A stretch of DNA of 64,000 nucleotides from the NCBI RefSeq assembly GCF_009914755.1, contig NC_060931.1. One strand, given 5' to 3'. The notes beneath the pieces were generated by a model. It was given only the letters and a program-made list of their open reading frames with translations. It searched no databases and was not told the origin of the DNA. Shown piece after piece: positions 1-12,800 of this stretch (position 1 is the first letter of the stretch; the number at the start of each line of letters is the position of its first letter). The stretch comes from the human T2T-CHM13v2.0 reference genome, Homo sapiens. The position numbers and the translations under genes were made by a program.

Positions 1-129
1 AATCATTCTCAGAAAGTGCTTTGTGATGTGTGCGTTCAACTCACAGAGTTTAACCTTTCTTTTCATAGAGGAGTTTGGAAACACACTGTTTGTAAAGTCT
101 GCAAGTGGATACATGGACCTGTTTGAGGC

Positions 130-146
130 CTTCGTTGGAAACGGGA
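130..146 (+). promoter_or_regulatory. CENP-B box 1 of the HOR (canonical), repeated every 1022 bp
   Basis: CTTCGTTGGAAACGGGA is an exact match to the canonical 17-bp YTTCGTTGGAARCGGGA. Confidence 0.97.
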
Positions 147-171
147 TTTCTTCATTGAATGCTAGACGGAA

Positions 172-517
172 GAATTCTCAGTAAATTCTTTGTGTTGTGT
201 GCATTCAACTCACAGAGTGGAACGTCCCTTTAGACAGAGCAGATTTGAAACACTCTTTTTGCGGAATTTGCAAGTGGAGATTTCTAGCCATTTGATGCCA
301 TCAGTAGAAAGGGAAATATCTTCAAATAAAAACCAGACAGAATCATTCTCAGAAAATTCTTTGTGATGTGTGCGTTCAACTCACATAGTTTAACCTTTCT
401 TTTCATAGAGCAGTTTGGAAACACTCTGTTTGTAAAGTCTGCAAGTGGATATATGGACCGCATTGAGGCCTTCGTTGGAAACGGGATTTCTTCATTTCAT
501 GCTAGACAGAAGAATTC
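172..517. other. Two EcoRI sites per HOR (172-177, 512-517), giving alternating 340-bp and 682-bp fragments
   Basis: GAATTC occurs in dimers 1 and 2. The equivalent position in dimer 3 reads GAGTTC (854-859). Confidence 0.92.
470..486 (+). promoter_or_regulatory. CENP-B box 2 of the HOR (canonical), repeated every 1022 bp
   Basis: CTTCGTTGGAAACGGGA, exact canonical match, 340 bp after box 1. Confidence 0.97.
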
Positions 518-638
518 TCAGTAACTTCTTTGTGCTGTGTGTATTCAACTCACAGAGTGGAACGTCCCTTTGCACAGAGCAGATTTGAAACACTCTTTTT
601 GTGGAGTTTGCAAGTGGAGATTTCAAGCGATTTGATGC

Positions 639-655
639 CAACAGTAGAAAAGGAA
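639..655 (-). promoter_or_regulatory. Degenerate pJalpha-type (A-box) site in the alternate monomers, at the position equivalent to the CENP-B box
   Basis: The minus strand reads TTCCTTTTCTACTGTTG, resembling the A-type monomer motif TTCCTTTTYCACCRTAG. Analogous sites lie in monomers 2 and 6. Binding is not shown. Confidence 0.55.
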
Positions 656-809
656 ATATCTTCAAATAAAAACTAGACAGAATCATTCTCAGAAACTACT
701 TTGTGATGTGTGCCTTCAACTCACAGAGTTTAACCTTTCTTTTCTTAGAGCAGTTTAGAAACACTCTGCTTGTTATGTCTGCAAGTGGATATTTGGACCT
801 CTTTGAGGC

Positions 810-826
810 CTTCGTTGCAAACGGGG
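810..826 (+). promoter_or_regulatory. CENP-B box 3 of the HOR (variant, core intact), repeated every 1022 bp
   Basis: CTTCGTTGCAAACGGGG differs from canonical at two positions but keeps the 9 core bases NTTCGNNNNANNCGGGN. Confidence 0.88.
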
Positions 827-3800
827 TTTCTTCCTTTCATGCTAGACTAAGAAGAGTTCTCAGTAACTTTTTTGTGTTGTGTGTATTCAACTCACAGAGT
901 TGAACCTTGCTTTAGAGAGAGCAGATTTGAAACACTCTTGCTGTGGCATTTTCAGGTGGAGATTTCAAGCGATTTGAGGACAATTGCAGAAAAGGAAATA
1001 TCTTCGTATAATAACCAGACAGAATCATTCTCAGAAAGTGCTTTGTGATGTGTGCGTTCAACTGACAGAATTTAACCTTTCTTTTCATAGAGGAGTTTGG
1101 AAACACACTGTTTGTAAAGTCTGCAAGTGGATATATGGACCTGTTTGAGGCCTTCGTTGGAAACGGGATTTCTTCATTGAATGCTAGACGGAAGAATTCT
1201 CAGTAAATTCTTTGTGTTGTGTGCATTCAACTCACAGAGTGGAACGTCCCTTTAGACAGAGCAGATTTGAAACACTCTTTTTGCGGAATTTGCAAGTGGA
1301 GATTTCTAGCCATTTGATGCCAACAGTAGAAAGGGAAATATCTTCAAATAAAAACCAGACAGAATCATTCTCAGAAAATTCTTTGTGATGTGTGCGTTCA
1401 ACTCACATAGTTTAACCTTTCTTTTCATAGAGCAGTTTGGAAACACTCTGTTTGTAAAGTCTGCAAGTGGATATATGGACCGCATTGAGGCCTTCGTTGG
1501 AAACGGGATTTCTTCATTTCATGCTAGACAGAAGAATTCTCAGTAACTTCTTTGTGCTGTGTGTATTCAACTCACAGAGTGGAACGTCCCTTTGCACAGA
1601 GCAGATTTGAAACACTCTTTTTGTGGAGTTTGCAAGTGGAGATTTCAAGCGATTTGATGCCAACAGTAGAAAAGGAAATATCTTCAAATAAAAACTAGAC
1701 AGAATCATTCTCAGAAACTACTTTGTGATGTGTGCCTTCAACTCACAGAGTTTAACCTTTCTTTTCTTAGAGCAGTTTAGAAACACTCTGCTTGTTACGT
1801 CTGCAAGTGGATATTTGGACCTCTTTGAGGCCTTCGTTGCAAACGGGGTTTCTTCCTTTCATGCTAGACTAAGAAGAGTTCTCAGTAACTTTTTTGTGTT
1901 GTGTGTATTCAACTCACAGTGTTGAACCCTGCTTTAGAGAGAGCAGATTTGAAACACTCTTGCTGTGGCATTTTCAGGTGGAGATTTCAAGCGATTTGAG
2001 GACAATTGCAGAAAAGGAAATATCTTCGTATAATAACCAGACAGAATCATTCTCAGAAAGTGCTTTGTGATGTGTGCGTTCAACTCACAGAGCTTAACCT
2101 TTCTTTTCATAGAGGAGTTTGGAAACACACTGTTTGTAAAGTCTGCAAGTGGATATATGGACCTGTTTGAGGCCTTCGTTGGAAACGGGATTTCTTCATT
2201 GAATGCTAGACGGAAGAATTCTCAGTAAATTCTTTGTGTTGTGTGCATTCAACTCACAGAGTGGAACGTCCCTTTAGACAGAGCAGATTTGAAACACTCT
2301 TTTTGCGGAATTTGCAAGTGGAGATTTCTAGCCATTTGATGCCAACAGTAGAAAGGGAAATATCTTCAAATAAAAACCAGACAGAATCATTCTCAGAAAA
2401 TTCTTTGTGATGTGTGCGTTCAACTCACATAGTTTAACCTTTCTTTTCATAGAGCAGTTTGGAAACACTCTGTTTGTAAAGTCTGCAAGTGGATATAGGG
2501 ACCGCATTGAGGCCTTCGTTGGAAACGGGATTTCTTCATTTCATGCTAGACAGAAGAATTCTCAGTAACTTCTTTGTGCTGTGTGTATTCAACTCACAGA
2601 GTGGAACGTCCCTTTGCACAGAGCAGATTTGAAACACTCTTTTTGTGGAGTTTGCAAGTGGAGATTTCAAGCGATTTGATGCCAACAGTAGAAAAGGAAA
2701 TATCTTCAAATAAAAACTAGACAGAATCATTCTCAGAAACTACTTTGTGATGTGTGCCTTCAACTCACAGAGTTTAACCTTTCTTTTCTTAGAGCAGTTT
2801 AGAAACACTCTGCTTGTTATGTCTGCAAGTGGATATTTGGACCTCTTTGAGGCCTTCGTTGCAAACGGGGTTTCTTCCTTTCATGCTAGACTAAGAAGAG
2901 TTCTCAGTAACTTTTTTGTGTTGTGTGTATTCAACTCACAGAGTTGAACCTTGCTTTAGAGAGAGCAGATTTGAAACACTCTTGCTGTGGCATTTTCAGG
3001 TGGAGATTTCAAGCGATTTGAGGACAATTGCAGAAAAGGAAATATCTTCGTATAATAACCAGACAGAATCATTCTCAGAAAGTGCTTTGTGATGTGTGCG
3101 TTCAACTCACAGAGCTTAACCTTTCTTTTCATAGAGGAGTTTGGAAACACACTGTTTGTAAAGTCTGCAAGTGGATATATGGACCTGTTTGAGGCCTTCG
3201 TTGGAAACGGGATTTCTTCATTGAATGCTAGACGGAAGAATTCTCAGTAAATTCTTTGTGTTGTGTGCATTCAACTCACAGAGTGGAACGTCCCTTTAGA
3301 CAGAGCAGATTTGAAACACTCTTTTTGCGGAATTTGCAAGTGGAGATTTCTAGCCATTTGATGCCAACAGTAGAAAGGGAAATATCTTCAAATAAAAACC
3401 AGACAGAATCATTCTCAGAAAATTCTTTGTGATGTGTGCGTTCAACTCACATAGTTTAACCTTTCTTTTCATAGAGCAGTTTGGAAACACTCTGTTTGTA
3501 AAGTCTGCAAGTGGATATAGGGACCGCATTGAGGCCTTCGTTGGAAACGGGATTTCTTCATTTCATGCTAGACAGAAGAATTCTCAGTAACTTCTTTGTG
3601 CTGTGTGTATTCAACTCACAGAGTGGAACGTCCCTTTGCACAGAGCAGATTTGAAACACTCTTTTTGTGGAGTTTGCAAGTGGAGATTTCAAGCGATTTG
3701 ATGCCAACAGTAGAAAAGGAAATATCTTCAAATAAAAACTAGACAGAATCATTCTCAGAAACTACTTTGTGATGTGTGCCTTCAACTCACAGAGTTTAAC

Positions 3801-6800
3801 CTTTCTTTTCTTAGAGCAGTTTAGAAACACTCTGCTTGTTACGTCTGCAAGTGGATATTTGGACCTCTTTGAGGCCTTCGTTGCAAACGGGGTTTCTTCC
3901 TTTCATGCTAGACTAAGAAGAGTTCTCAGTAACTTTTTTGTGTTGTGTGTATTCAACTCACAGAGTTGAACCCTGCTTTAGAGAGAGCAGATTTGAAACA
4001 CTCTTGCTGTGGCATTTTCAGGTGGAGATTTCAAGCGATTTGAGGACAATTGCAGAAAAGGAAATATCTTCGTATAATAACCAGACAGAATCATTCTCAG
4101 AAAGTGCTTTGTGATGTGTGCGTTCAACTCACAGAGTTTAACCTTTCTTTTCATAGAGGAGTTTGGAAACACACTGTTTGTAAAGTCTGCAAGTGGATAT
4201 ATGGACCTGTTTGAGGCCTTCGTTGGAAACGGGATTTCTTCATTGAATGCTAGACGGAAGAATTCTCAGTAAATTCTTTGTGTTGTGTGCATTCAACTCA
4301 CAGAGTGGAACGTCCCTTTAGACAGAGCAGATTTGAAACACTCTTTTTGCGGAATTTGCAAGTGGAGATTTCTAGCCATTTGATGCCAACAGTAGAAAGG
4401 GAAATATCTTCAAATAAAAACCAGACAGAATCATTCTCAGAAAATTCTTTGTGATGTGTGCGTTCAACTCACATAGTTTAACCTTTCTTTTCATAGAGCA
4501 GTTTGGAAACACTCTGTTTGTAAAGTCTGCAAGTGGATATATGGACCGCATTGAGGCCTTCGTTGGAAACGGGATTTCTTCATTTCATGCTAGACAGAAG
4601 AATTCTCAGTAACTTCTTTGTGCTGTGTGTATTCAACTCACAGAGTGGAACGTCCCTTTGCACAGAGCAGATTTGAAACACTCTTTTTGTGGAGTTTGCA
4701 AGTGGAGATTTCAAGCGATTTGATGCCAACAGTAGAAAAGGAAATATCTTCAAATAAAAACTAGACAGAATCATTCTCAGAAACTACTTTGTGATGTGTG
4801 CCTTCAACTCACAGAGTTTAACCTTTCTTTTCTTAGAGCAGTTTAGAAACACTCTGCTTGTTATGTCTGCAAGTGGATATTTGGACCTCTTTGAGGCCTT
4901 CGTTGCAAACGGGGTTTCTTCCTTTAATGCTAGACTAAGAAGAGTTCTCAGTAACTTTTTTGTGTTGTGTGTATTCAACTCACAGAGTTGAACCTTGCTT
5001 TAGAGAGAGCAGATTTGAAACACTCTTGCTGTGGCATTTTCAGGTGGAGATTTCAAGCGATTTGAGGACAATTGCAGAAAAGGAAATATCTTCGTATAAT
5101 AACCAGACAGAATCATTCTCAGAAAGTGCTTTGTGATGTGTGCGTTCAACTCACAGAGTTTAACCTTTCTTTTCATAGAGGAGTTTGGAAACACACTGTT
5201 TGTAAAGTCTGCAAGTGGATATATGGACCTGTTTGAGGCCTTCGTTGGAAACGGGATTTCTTCATTGAATGCTAGACGGAAGAATTCTCAGTAAATTCTT
5301 TGTGTTGTGTGCATTGAACTCACAGAGTGGAACGTCCCTTTAGACAGAGCAGATTTGAAACACTCTTTTTGCGGAATTTGCAAGTGGAGATTTCTAGCCA
5401 TTTGATGCCAACAGTAGAAAGGGAAATATCTTCAAATAAAAACCAGACAGAATCATTCTCAGAAAATTCTTTGTGATGTGTGCGTTCAACTCAGATAGTT
5501 TAACCTTTCTTTTCATAGAGCAGTTTGGAAACACTCTGTTTGTAAAGTCTGCAAGTGGATATATGGACCGCATTGAGGCCTTCGTTGGAAACGGGATTTC
5601 TTCATTTCATGCTAGACAGAAGAATTCTCAGTAACTTCTTTGTGCTGTGTGTATTCAACTCACAGAGTGGAACGTCCCTTTACACAGAGCAGATTTGAAA
5701 CACTCTTTTTGTGGAGTTTGCAAGTGGAGATTTCAAGCGATTTGATGCCAACAGTAGAAAAGGAAATATCTTCAAATAAAAACTAGACAGAATCATTCTC
5801 AGAAACTACTTTGTGATGTGTGCCTTCAACTCACAGAGTTTAACCTTTCTTTTCTTAGAGCAGTTTAGAAACACTCTGCTTGTTATGTCTGCAAGTGGAT
5901 ATTTGGACCTCTTTGAGGCCTTCGTTGCAAACGGGGTTTCTTCCTTTCATGCTAGACTAAGAAGAGTTCTCAGTAACTTTTTTGTGTTGTGTGTATTCAA
6001 CTCACAGAGTTGAACCTTGCTTTAGAGAGAGCAGATTTGAAACACTCTTGCTGTGGCATTTTCAGGTGGAGATTTCAAGCGATTTGAGGACAATTGCAGA
6101 AAAGGAAATATCTTCGTATAATAACCAGACAGAATCATTCTCAGAAAGTGCTTTGTGATGTGTGCGTTCAACTCACAGAGTTTAACCTTTCTTTTCATAG
6201 AGGAGTTTGGAAACACACTGTTTGTAAAGTCTGCAAGTGGATACATGGACCTGTTTGAGGCCTTCGTTGGAAACGGGATTTCTTCATTGAATGCTAGACG
6301 GAAGAATTCTCAGTAAATTCTTTGTGTTGTGTGCATTCAACTCACAGAGTGGAACGTCCCTTTAGACAGAGCAGATTTGAAACACTCTTTTTGCGGAATT
6401 TGCAAGTGGAGATTTCTAGCCATTTGATGCCAACAGTAGAAAGGGAAATATCTTCAAATAAAAACCAGACAGAATCATTCTCAGAAAATTCTTTGTGATG
6501 TGTGCGTTCAACTCACATAGTTTAACCTTTCTTTTCATAGAGCAGTTTGGAAACACTCTGTTTGTAAAGTCTGCAAGTGGATATATGGACCGCATTGAGG
6601 CCTTCGTTGGAAACGGGATTTCTTCATTTCATGCTAGACAGAAGAATTCTCAGTAACTTCTTTGTGCTGTGTGTATTCAACTCACAGAGTGGAACGTCCC
6701 TTTGCACAGAGCAGATTTGAAACACTCTTTTTGTGGAGTTTGCAAGTGGAGATTTCAAGCGATTTGATGCCAACAGTAGAAAAGGAAATATCTTCAAATA

Positions 6801-9800
6801 AAAACTAGACAGAATCATTCTCAGAAACTACTTTGTGATGTGTGCCTTCAACTCACAGAGTTTAACCTTTCTTTTCTTAGAGCAGTTTAGAAACACTCTG
6901 CTTGTTATGTCTGCAAGTGGATATTTGGACCTCTTTGAGGCCTTCGTTGCAAACGGGGTTTCTTCCTTTCATGCTAGACTAAGAAGAGTTCTCAGTAACT
7001 TTTTTGTGTTGTGTGTATTCAACTCACAGAGTTGAACCTTGCTTTAGAGAGAGCAGATTTGAAACACTCTTGCTGTGGCATTTTCAGGTGGAGATTTCAA
7101 GCGATTTGAGGACAATTGCAGAAAAGGAAATATCTTCGTATAATAACCAGACAGAATCATTCTCAGAAAGTGCTTTGTGATGTGTGCGTTCAACTCACAG
7201 AGTTTAACCTTTCTTTTCATAGAGGAGTTTGGAAACACACTGTTTGTAAAGTCTGCAAGTGGATATATGGACCTGTTTGAGGCCTTCGTTGGAAACGGGA
7301 TTTCTTCATTGAATGCTAGACGGAAGAATTCTCAGTAAATTCTTTGTGTTGTGTGCATTCAACTCACAGAGTGGAACGTCCCTTTAGACAGAGCAGATTT
7401 GAAACACTCTTTTTGCGGAATTTGCAAGTGGAGATTTCTAGCCATTTGATGCCAACAGTAGAAAGGGAAATATCTTCAAATAAAAACCAGACAGAATCAT
7501 TCTCAGAAAATTCTTTGTGATGTGTGCGTTCAACTCACATAGTTTAACCTTTCTTTTCATAGAGCAGTTTGGAAACACTCTGTTTGTAAAGTCTGCAAGT
7601 GGATATAGGGACCGCATTGAGGCCTTCGTTGGAAACGGGATTTCTTCATTTCATGCTAGACAGAAGAATTCTCAGTAACTTCTTTGTGCTGTGTGTATTC
7701 AACTCACAGAGTGGAACGTCCCTTTGCACAGAGCAGATTTGAAACACTCTTTTTGTGGAGTTTGCAAGTGGAGATTTCAAGCGATTTGATGCCAACAGTA
7801 GAAAAGGAAATATCTTCAAATAAAAACTAGACAGAATCATTCTCAGAAACTACTTTGTGATGTGTGCCTTCAACTCACAGAGTTTAACCTTTCTTTTCTT
7901 AGAGCAGTTTAGAAACACTCTGCTTGTTACGTCTGCAAGTGGATATTTGGACCTCTTTGAGGCCTTCGTTGCAAACGGGGTTTCTTCCTTTCATGCTAGA
8001 CTAAGAAGAGTTCTCAGTAACTTTTTTGTGTTGTGTGTATTCAACTCACAGAGTTGAACCCTGCTTTAGAGAGAGCAGATTTGAAACACTCTTGCTGTGG
8101 CATTTTCAGGTGGAGATTTCAAGCGATTTGAGGACAATTGCAGAAAAGGAAATATCTTCGTATAATAACCAGACAGAATCATTCTCAGAAAGTGCTTTGT
8201 GATGTGTGCGTTCAACTCACAGAGTTTAACCTTTCTTTTCATAGAGGAGTTTGGAAACACACTGTTTGTAAAGTCTGCAAGTGGATATATGGACCTGTTT
8301 GAGGCCTTCGTTGGAAACGGGATTTCTTCATTGAATGCTAGACGGAAGAATTCTCAGTAAATTCTTTGTGTTGTGTGCATTCAACTCACAGAGTGGAACG
8401 TCCCTTTAGACAGAGCAGATTTGAAACACTCTTTTTGCGGAATTTGCAAGTGGAGATTTCTAGCCATTTGATGCCAACAGTAGAAAGGGAAATATCTTCA
8501 AATAAAAACCAGACAGAATCATTCTCAGAAAATTCTTTGTGATGTGTGCGTTCAACTCACATAGTTTAACCTTTCTTTTCATAGAGCAGTTTGGAAACAC
8601 TCTGTTTGTAAAGTCTGCAAGTGGATATATGGACCGCATTGAGGCCTTCGTTGGAAACGGGATTTCTTCATTTCATGCTAGACAGAAGAATTCTCAGTAA
8701 CTTCTTTGTGCTGTGTGTATTCAACTCACAGAGTGGAACGTCCCTTTGCACAGAGCAGATTTGAAACACTCTTTTTGTGGAGTTTGCAAGTGGAGATTTC
8801 AAGCGATTTGATGCCAACAGTAGAAAAGGAAATATCTTCAAATAAAAACTAGACAGAATCATTCTCAGAAACTACTTTGTGATGTGTGCCTTCAACTCAC
8901 AGAGTTTAACCTTTCTTTTCTTAGAGCAGTTTAGAAACACTCTGCTTGTTATGTCTGCAAGTGGATATTTGGACCTCTTTGAGGCCTTCGTTGCAAACGG
9001 GGTTTCTTCCTTTCATGCTAGACTAAGAAGAGTTCTCAGTAACTTTTTTGTGTTGTGTGTATTCAACTCACAGAGTTGAACCTTGCTTTAGAGAGAGCAG
9101 ATTTGAAACACTCTTGCTGTGGCATTTTCAGGTGGAGATTTCAAGCGATTTGAGGACAATTGCAGAAAAGGAAATATCTTCGTATAATAACCAGACAGAA
9201 TCATTCTCAGAAAGTGCTTTGTGATGTGTGCGTTCAACTCACAGAGTTTAACCTTTCTTTTCATAGAGGAGTTTGGAAACACACTGTTTGTAAAGTCTGC
9301 AAGTGGATATATGGACCTGTTTGAGGCCTTCGTTGGAAACGGGATTTCTTCATTGAATGCTAGACGGAAGAATTCTCAGTAAATTCTTTGTGTTGTGTGC
9401 ATTGAACTCACAGAGTGGAACGTCCCTTTAGACAGAGCAGATTTGAAACACTCTTTTTGCGGAATTTGCAAGTGGAGATTTCTAGCCATTTGATGCCAAC
9501 AGTAGAAAGGGAAATATCTTCAAATAAAAACCAGACAGAATCATTCTCAGAAAATTCTTTGTGATGTGTGCGTTCAACTCACATAGTTTAACCTTTCTTT
9601 TCATAGAGCAGTTTGGAAACACTCTGTTTGTAAAGTCTGCAAGTGGATATAGGGACCGCATTGAGGCCTTCGTTGGAAACGGGATTTCTTCATTTCATGC
9701 TAGACAGAAGAATTCTCAGTAACTTCTTTGTGCTGTGTGTATTCAACTCACAGAGTGGAACGTCCCTTTACACAGAGCAGATTTGAAACACTCTTTTTGT

Positions 9801-12800
9801 GGAGTTTGCAAGTGGAGATTTCAAGCGATTTGATGCCAACAGTAGAAAAGGAAATATCTTCAAATAAAAACTAGACAGAATCATTCTCAGAAACTACTTT
9901 GTGATGTGTGCCTTCAACTCACAGAGTTTAACCTTTCTTTTCTTAGAGCAGTTTAGAAACACTCTGCTTGTTATGTCTGCAAGTGGATATTTGGACCTCT
10001 TTGAGGCCTTCGTTGCAAACGGGGTTTCTTCCTTTAATGCTAGACTAAGAAGAGTTCTCAGTAACTTTTTTGTGTTGTGTGTATTCAACTCACAGAGTTG
10101 AACCTTGCTTTAGAGAGAGCAGATTTGAAACACTCTTGCTGTGGCATTTTCAGGTGGAGATTTCAAGCGATTTGAGGACAATTGCAGAAAAGGAAATATC
10201 TTCGTATAATAACCAGACAGAATCATTCTCAGAAAGTGCTTTGTGATGTGTGCGTTCAACTCACAGAGTTTAACCTTTCTTTTCATAGAGGAGTTTGGAA
10301 ACACACTGTTTGTAAAGTCTGCAAGTGGATATATGGACCTGTTTGAGGCCTTCGTTGGAAACGGGATTTCTTCATTGAATGCTAGACGGAAGAATTCTCA
10401 GTAAATTCTTTGTGTTGTGTGCATTCAACTCACAGAGTGGAACGTCCCTTTAGACAGAGCAGATTTGAAACACTCTTTTTGCGGAATTTGCAAGTGGAGA
10501 TTTCTAGCCATTTGATGCCAACAGTAGAAAGGGAAATATCTTCAAATAAAAACCAGACAGAATCATTCTCAGAAAATTCTTTGTGATGTGTGCGTTCAAC
10601 TCACATAGTTTAACCTTTCTTTTCATAGAGCAGTTTGGAAACACTCTGTTTGTAAAGTCTGCAAGTGGATATATGGACCGCATTGAGGCCTTCGTTGGAA
10701 ACGGGATTTCTTCATTTCATGCTAGACAGAAGAATTCTCAGTAACTTCTTTGTGCTGTGTGTATTCAACTCACAGAGTGGAACGTCCCTTTGCACAGAGC
10801 AGATTTGAAACACTCTTTTTGTGGAGTTTGCAAGTGGAGATTTCAAGCGATTTGATGCCTACAGTAGAAAAGGAAATATCTTCAAATAAAAACTAGACAG
10901 AATCATTCTCAGAAACTACTTTGTGATGTGTGCCTTCAACTCACAGAGTTTAACCTTTCTTTTCTTAGAGCAGTTTAGAAACACTCTGCTTGTTACGTCT
11001 GCAAGTGGATATTTGGACCTCTTTGAGGCCTTCGTTGCAAACGGGGTTTCTTCCTTTCATGCTAGACTAAGAAGAGTTCTCAGTAACTTTTTTGTGTTGT
11101 GTGTATTCAACTCACAGAGTTGAACCTTGCTTTAGAGAGAGCAGATTTGAAACACTCTTGCTGTGGCATTTTCAGGTGGAGATTTCAAGCGATTTGAGGA
11201 CAATTGCAGAAAAGGAAATATCTTCGTATAATAACCAGACAGAATCATTCTCAGAAAGTGCTTTGTGATGTGTGCGTTCAACTCACAGAGTTTAACCTTT
11301 CTTTTCATAGAGGAGTTTGGAAACACACTGTTTGTAAAGTCTGCAAGTGGATATATGGACCTGTTTGAGGCCTTCGTTGGAAACGGGATTTCTTCATTGA
11401 ATGCTAGACGGAAGAATTCTCAGTAAATTCTTTGTGTTGTGTGCATTCAACTCACAGAGTGGAACGTCCCTTTAGACAGAGCAGATTTGAAACACTCTTT
11501 TTGCGGAATTTGCAAGTGGAGATTTCTAGCCATTTGATGCCAACAGTAGAAAGGGAAATATCTTCAAATAAAAACCAGACAGAATCATTCTCAGAAAATT
11601 CTTTGTGATGTGTGCGTTCAACTCACATAGTTTAACCTTTCTTTTCATAGAGCAGTTTGGAAACACTCTGTTTGTAAAGTCTGCAAGTGGATATAGGGAC
11701 CGCATTGAGGCCTTCGTTGGAAACGGGATTTCTTCATTTCATGCTAGACAGAAGAATTCTCAGTAACTTCTTTGTGCTGTGTGTATTCAACTCACAGAGT
11801 GGAACGTCCCTTTGCACAGAGCAGATTTGAAACACTCTTTTTGTGGAGTTTGCAAGTGGAGATTTCAAGCGATTTGATGCCAACAGTAGAAAAGGAAATA
11901 TCTTCAAATAAAAACTAGACAGAATCATTCTCAGAAACTACTTTGTGATGTGTGCCTTCAACTCACAGAGTTTAACCTTTCTTTTCTTAGAGCAGTTTAG
12001 AAACACTCTGCTTGTTACGTCTGCAAGTGGATATTTGGACCTCTTTGAGGCCTTCGTTGCAAACGGGGTTTCTTCCTTTCATGCTAGACTAAGAAGAGTT
12101 CTCAGTAACTTTTTTGTGTTGTGTGTATTCAACTCACAGAGTTGAACCTTGCTTTAGAGAGAGCAGATTTGAAACACTCTTGCTGTGGCATTTTCAGGTG
12201 GAGATTTCAAGCGATTTGAGGACAATTGCAGAAAAGGAAATATCTTCGTATAATAACCAGACAGAATCATTCTCAGAAAGTGCTTTGTGATGTGTGCGTT
12301 CAACTCACAGAGTTTAACCTTTCTTTTCATAGAGGAGTTTGGAAACACACTGTTTGTAAAGTCTGCAAGTGGATATATGGACCTGTTTAAGGCCTTCGTT
12401 GGAAACGGGATTTCTTCATTGAATGCTAGACGGAAGAATTCTCAGTAAATTCTTTGTGTTGTGTGCATTCAACTCACAGAGTGGAACGTCCCTTTAGACA
12501 GAGCAGATTTGAAACACTCTTTTTGCGGAATTTGCAAGTGGAGATTTCTAGCCATTTGATGCCAACAGTAGAAAGGGAAATATCTTCAAATAAAAACCAG
12601 ACAGAATCATTCTCAGAAAATTCTTTGTGATGTGTGCGTTCAACTCACATAGTTTAACCTTTCTTTTCATAGAGCAGTTTGGAAACACTCTGTTTGTAAA
12701 GTCTGCAAGTGGATATATGGACCGCATTGAGGCCTTCGTTGGAAACGGGATTTCTTCATTTCATGCTAGACAGAAGAATTCTCAGTAACTTCTTTGTGCT

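Larger units (their letters stand above)
1..1022 (+). repeat. Representative HOR unit: monomers 1-169, 170-340, 341-509, 510-680, 681-851, 852-1022 (phase set by window start)
   Basis: AATCATTCTCAG starts at 1, 341, 681 and 1023. The homologous AAGAATTCTCAG/AAGAGTTCTCAG starts at 170, 510 and 852. Monomer lengths are 169/171/169/171/171/171 and dimer lengths 340/340/342. Confidence 0.95.

Noticed and set aside
1007-1012. TATAAT hexamer once per HOR resembling a -10 or TATA element
   Set aside because: It is a short AT-rich motif in eukaryotic satellite with no supporting promoter context.
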